Assembly (NCBI GenBank): GCA_002269645.1 | Contig: NIVC01001000.1 | Location: 1 to 64,000 of the forward strand | Length of the DNA stretch: 64,000 nucleotides | Source: Macrostomum lignano | Taxonomy: Eukaryota | Reading direction: 5' to 3' | In this document: in pieces, positions 62,030 through 64,000 of the stretch | Layout: every line of letters begins with the position of its first letter | Position numbering within the stretch: the stretch's first letter is position 1 | Program-made: the position numbers and the translations under genes | Notes under the pieces: generated by a model | Seen by the model: the letters and a program-made list of their open reading frames with translations, nothing else | The model's database searches: none | What the model was told of the DNA's origin: nothing

Positions 62030-63965
62030 AGACTTGGCACGGACACACACATACATGCAATCTCAATGAGACATGACACAAACTCTCTCTCTGTGAGGCA
62101 TGGCACAGACAGACACAAACTCTCTCTACGGGACATGGCACAGAAAGACACAAACTCTCTCTATGGGAAATGGTACAAAAAGACACAAACTCTCTCTATG
62201 GGACATGGTACAAAAAGACACAAACTCTCTCTCTGGGACATGGTACAGAAAGACACAAACTCTCTCTATGGGACATGGTACAAAAAGACACAAACTCTCT
62301 CTATGGGACATGGTACAAAAAGACACAAACTCTCTCTCTGGGACATGGTACAGAAAGACACAAACTCTCTCTCTGGGACATGGTACAGAAAGACACAAAC
62401 TCTCTCTCTGGGACATGGTACAGAAAGACACAAACTCTCTCTATGGGACATGGTACAGAAAGACACAAACTCTCTCTATGGGACATGGTACAGAAAGACA
62501 CAAACTCTCTCTATGGGACATGGTACAGAAAGACACAAACTCTCTCTATGGGACATGGTACAGAAAGACACAAACTCTCTCTCTGGGACATGGTACAGAA
62601 AGACACAAACTCTCTCTCTGGGACATGGTACAGAAAGACACAAACTCTCTCTATGGGACATGGTACAGAAAGACACAAACTCTCTCTATGGGACATGGTA
62701 CAGAAAGACACAAACTCTCTCTATGGGACATGGTACAGAAAGACACAAACTCTCTCTATGGGACATGGTATAGAAAGACACAAACTCTCTCTCTGGGACA
62801 TGGTACAGAAAGACCAAACTCTCTCTATGGGACATGGCACAGACAGACACAAACTCTCTCTATGGGACATGGCACAGACAGACACAAACTCTCTCTCTGG
62901 GACATGGTACAGAAAGACACAAACTCTCTCTATGGGACATGGCACAGAAAGACACAAACTCTCTCTATGGGACATGGCACAGAAAGACACAAGCTCTCTC
63001 TATGGGACATGGCACAGACAGACACAAACTCTCTCTATGGGACATGGCACAGACAGACACAAACTCTCTCTATGGGACATGGCACAGAAAGACACAAACT
63101 CTCTCTATGGGACATGGCACAGACAGACACAAACTCTCTCTATGGGACATGGCACAGACAGACACAAACTGTCTCTATGGGACATGGCACAGAAAGACAC
63201 AAACTCTCTCTATGGGACATGGCACAGACAGACACAAACTCTCTCTATGGGACATGGCACAGACAGACACAAACTCTCTCTATGGGACATGGTACAGAAA
63301 GACACAAACTCTCTCTATGAGACATGGTACAGAAAGACACAAACTCTCTGTGGGACATGGCACAGATAGACACAAACTCTCTGTGGGACATGGCACAGAT
63401 AGACACAAACTCTCTCTATGAGACATGGTACAGAAAGACACAAACTCTCTGTGGGACATGGCACAGATAGACACAAACTCTCTCTATGAGACATGGTACA
63501 GAAAGATACAAACTCTCTGTGGGACATGGCACAGATAGACACAAACTCTCTCAATGAGACATGGTACAGAAAGACACAAACTCTCTGTGGGACATGGCAC
63601 AGATAGACACATACATGTAATCTCAATGAGACATAAAACAGGCAAACACACTCTCTCGATAAGACATTGCACAAACACAAAATCTCCATGTGAGACATCA
63701 GACATGGCACAAACACAATCTCCGTGTGAGACGTCAGACATGGCACAAACACATAATCTCCCTGTGAGACATGGCACAAAAACACATAATCTCCCTGTGA
63801 GACATGGCACAAACACATAATCTCCGTGTGAAACATGGCACAAACACATAATCTCCCTGTGAGACATGGCACAAACACATAATCTCCCTGTGAGACATGG
63901 CACAAACACATAATCTCCCTGTGAGACATGGCACAAACACATAATCTCCCTGTGAGACATGCCAC
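62030..63965. repeat. 35-bp minisatellite gggacatggtacagaaagacacaaactctctctat grading into a related 31-bp unit
   Basis: About 45 copies, then gtgagacatggcacaaacacataatctccct units from ~63690. Confidence 0.96.
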
Positions 63966-64000
63966 AAAGAGCTGTGAGTCAGAAAAGCACAGAAATGAAA

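Overview
Eukaryotic (animal) genomic DNA with spliced genes, SINEs, satellites and TTAGGG-like repeats. The style is consistent with a flatworm such as Macrostomum, but that is inference only. The core of the window (2.1-52.1 kb) is a cluster of seven paralogous spliced genes, reconstructed here exon by exon from GT/AG sites and intron phase, encoding about 26 thrombospondin type-1 repeats (TSRs). Six are type II membrane proteins sharing a juxtamembrane motif C-x-x-[LI]-x-R-G-[LP]-[FL]-C followed by a 4-Cys TSR split by a conserved phase-2 intron. The seventh has a signal peptide instead. One member ends in a PAN/apple + C-type lectin module and a second probably does; a distal TSRx3-FN3-TSR module lacks its own first exon. 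The ORF track shows only fragments of these genes. An intronless PDZ + myozenin/calsarcin-repeat (synaptopodin-2-like) gene lies at 54.6-55.9 kb. Introns and spacers are filled with Crypton-type tyrosine-recombinase remnants and CCATAGAC-ended elements, a MULE/Gypsy chimera, a 2.2-kb solo-LTR-like insertion, a hAT-like MITE, a P-element-like fragment, two tRNA-derived SINE families and many tandem arrays. All coordinates were read by eye and may be off by a few bases; no database searches were run.
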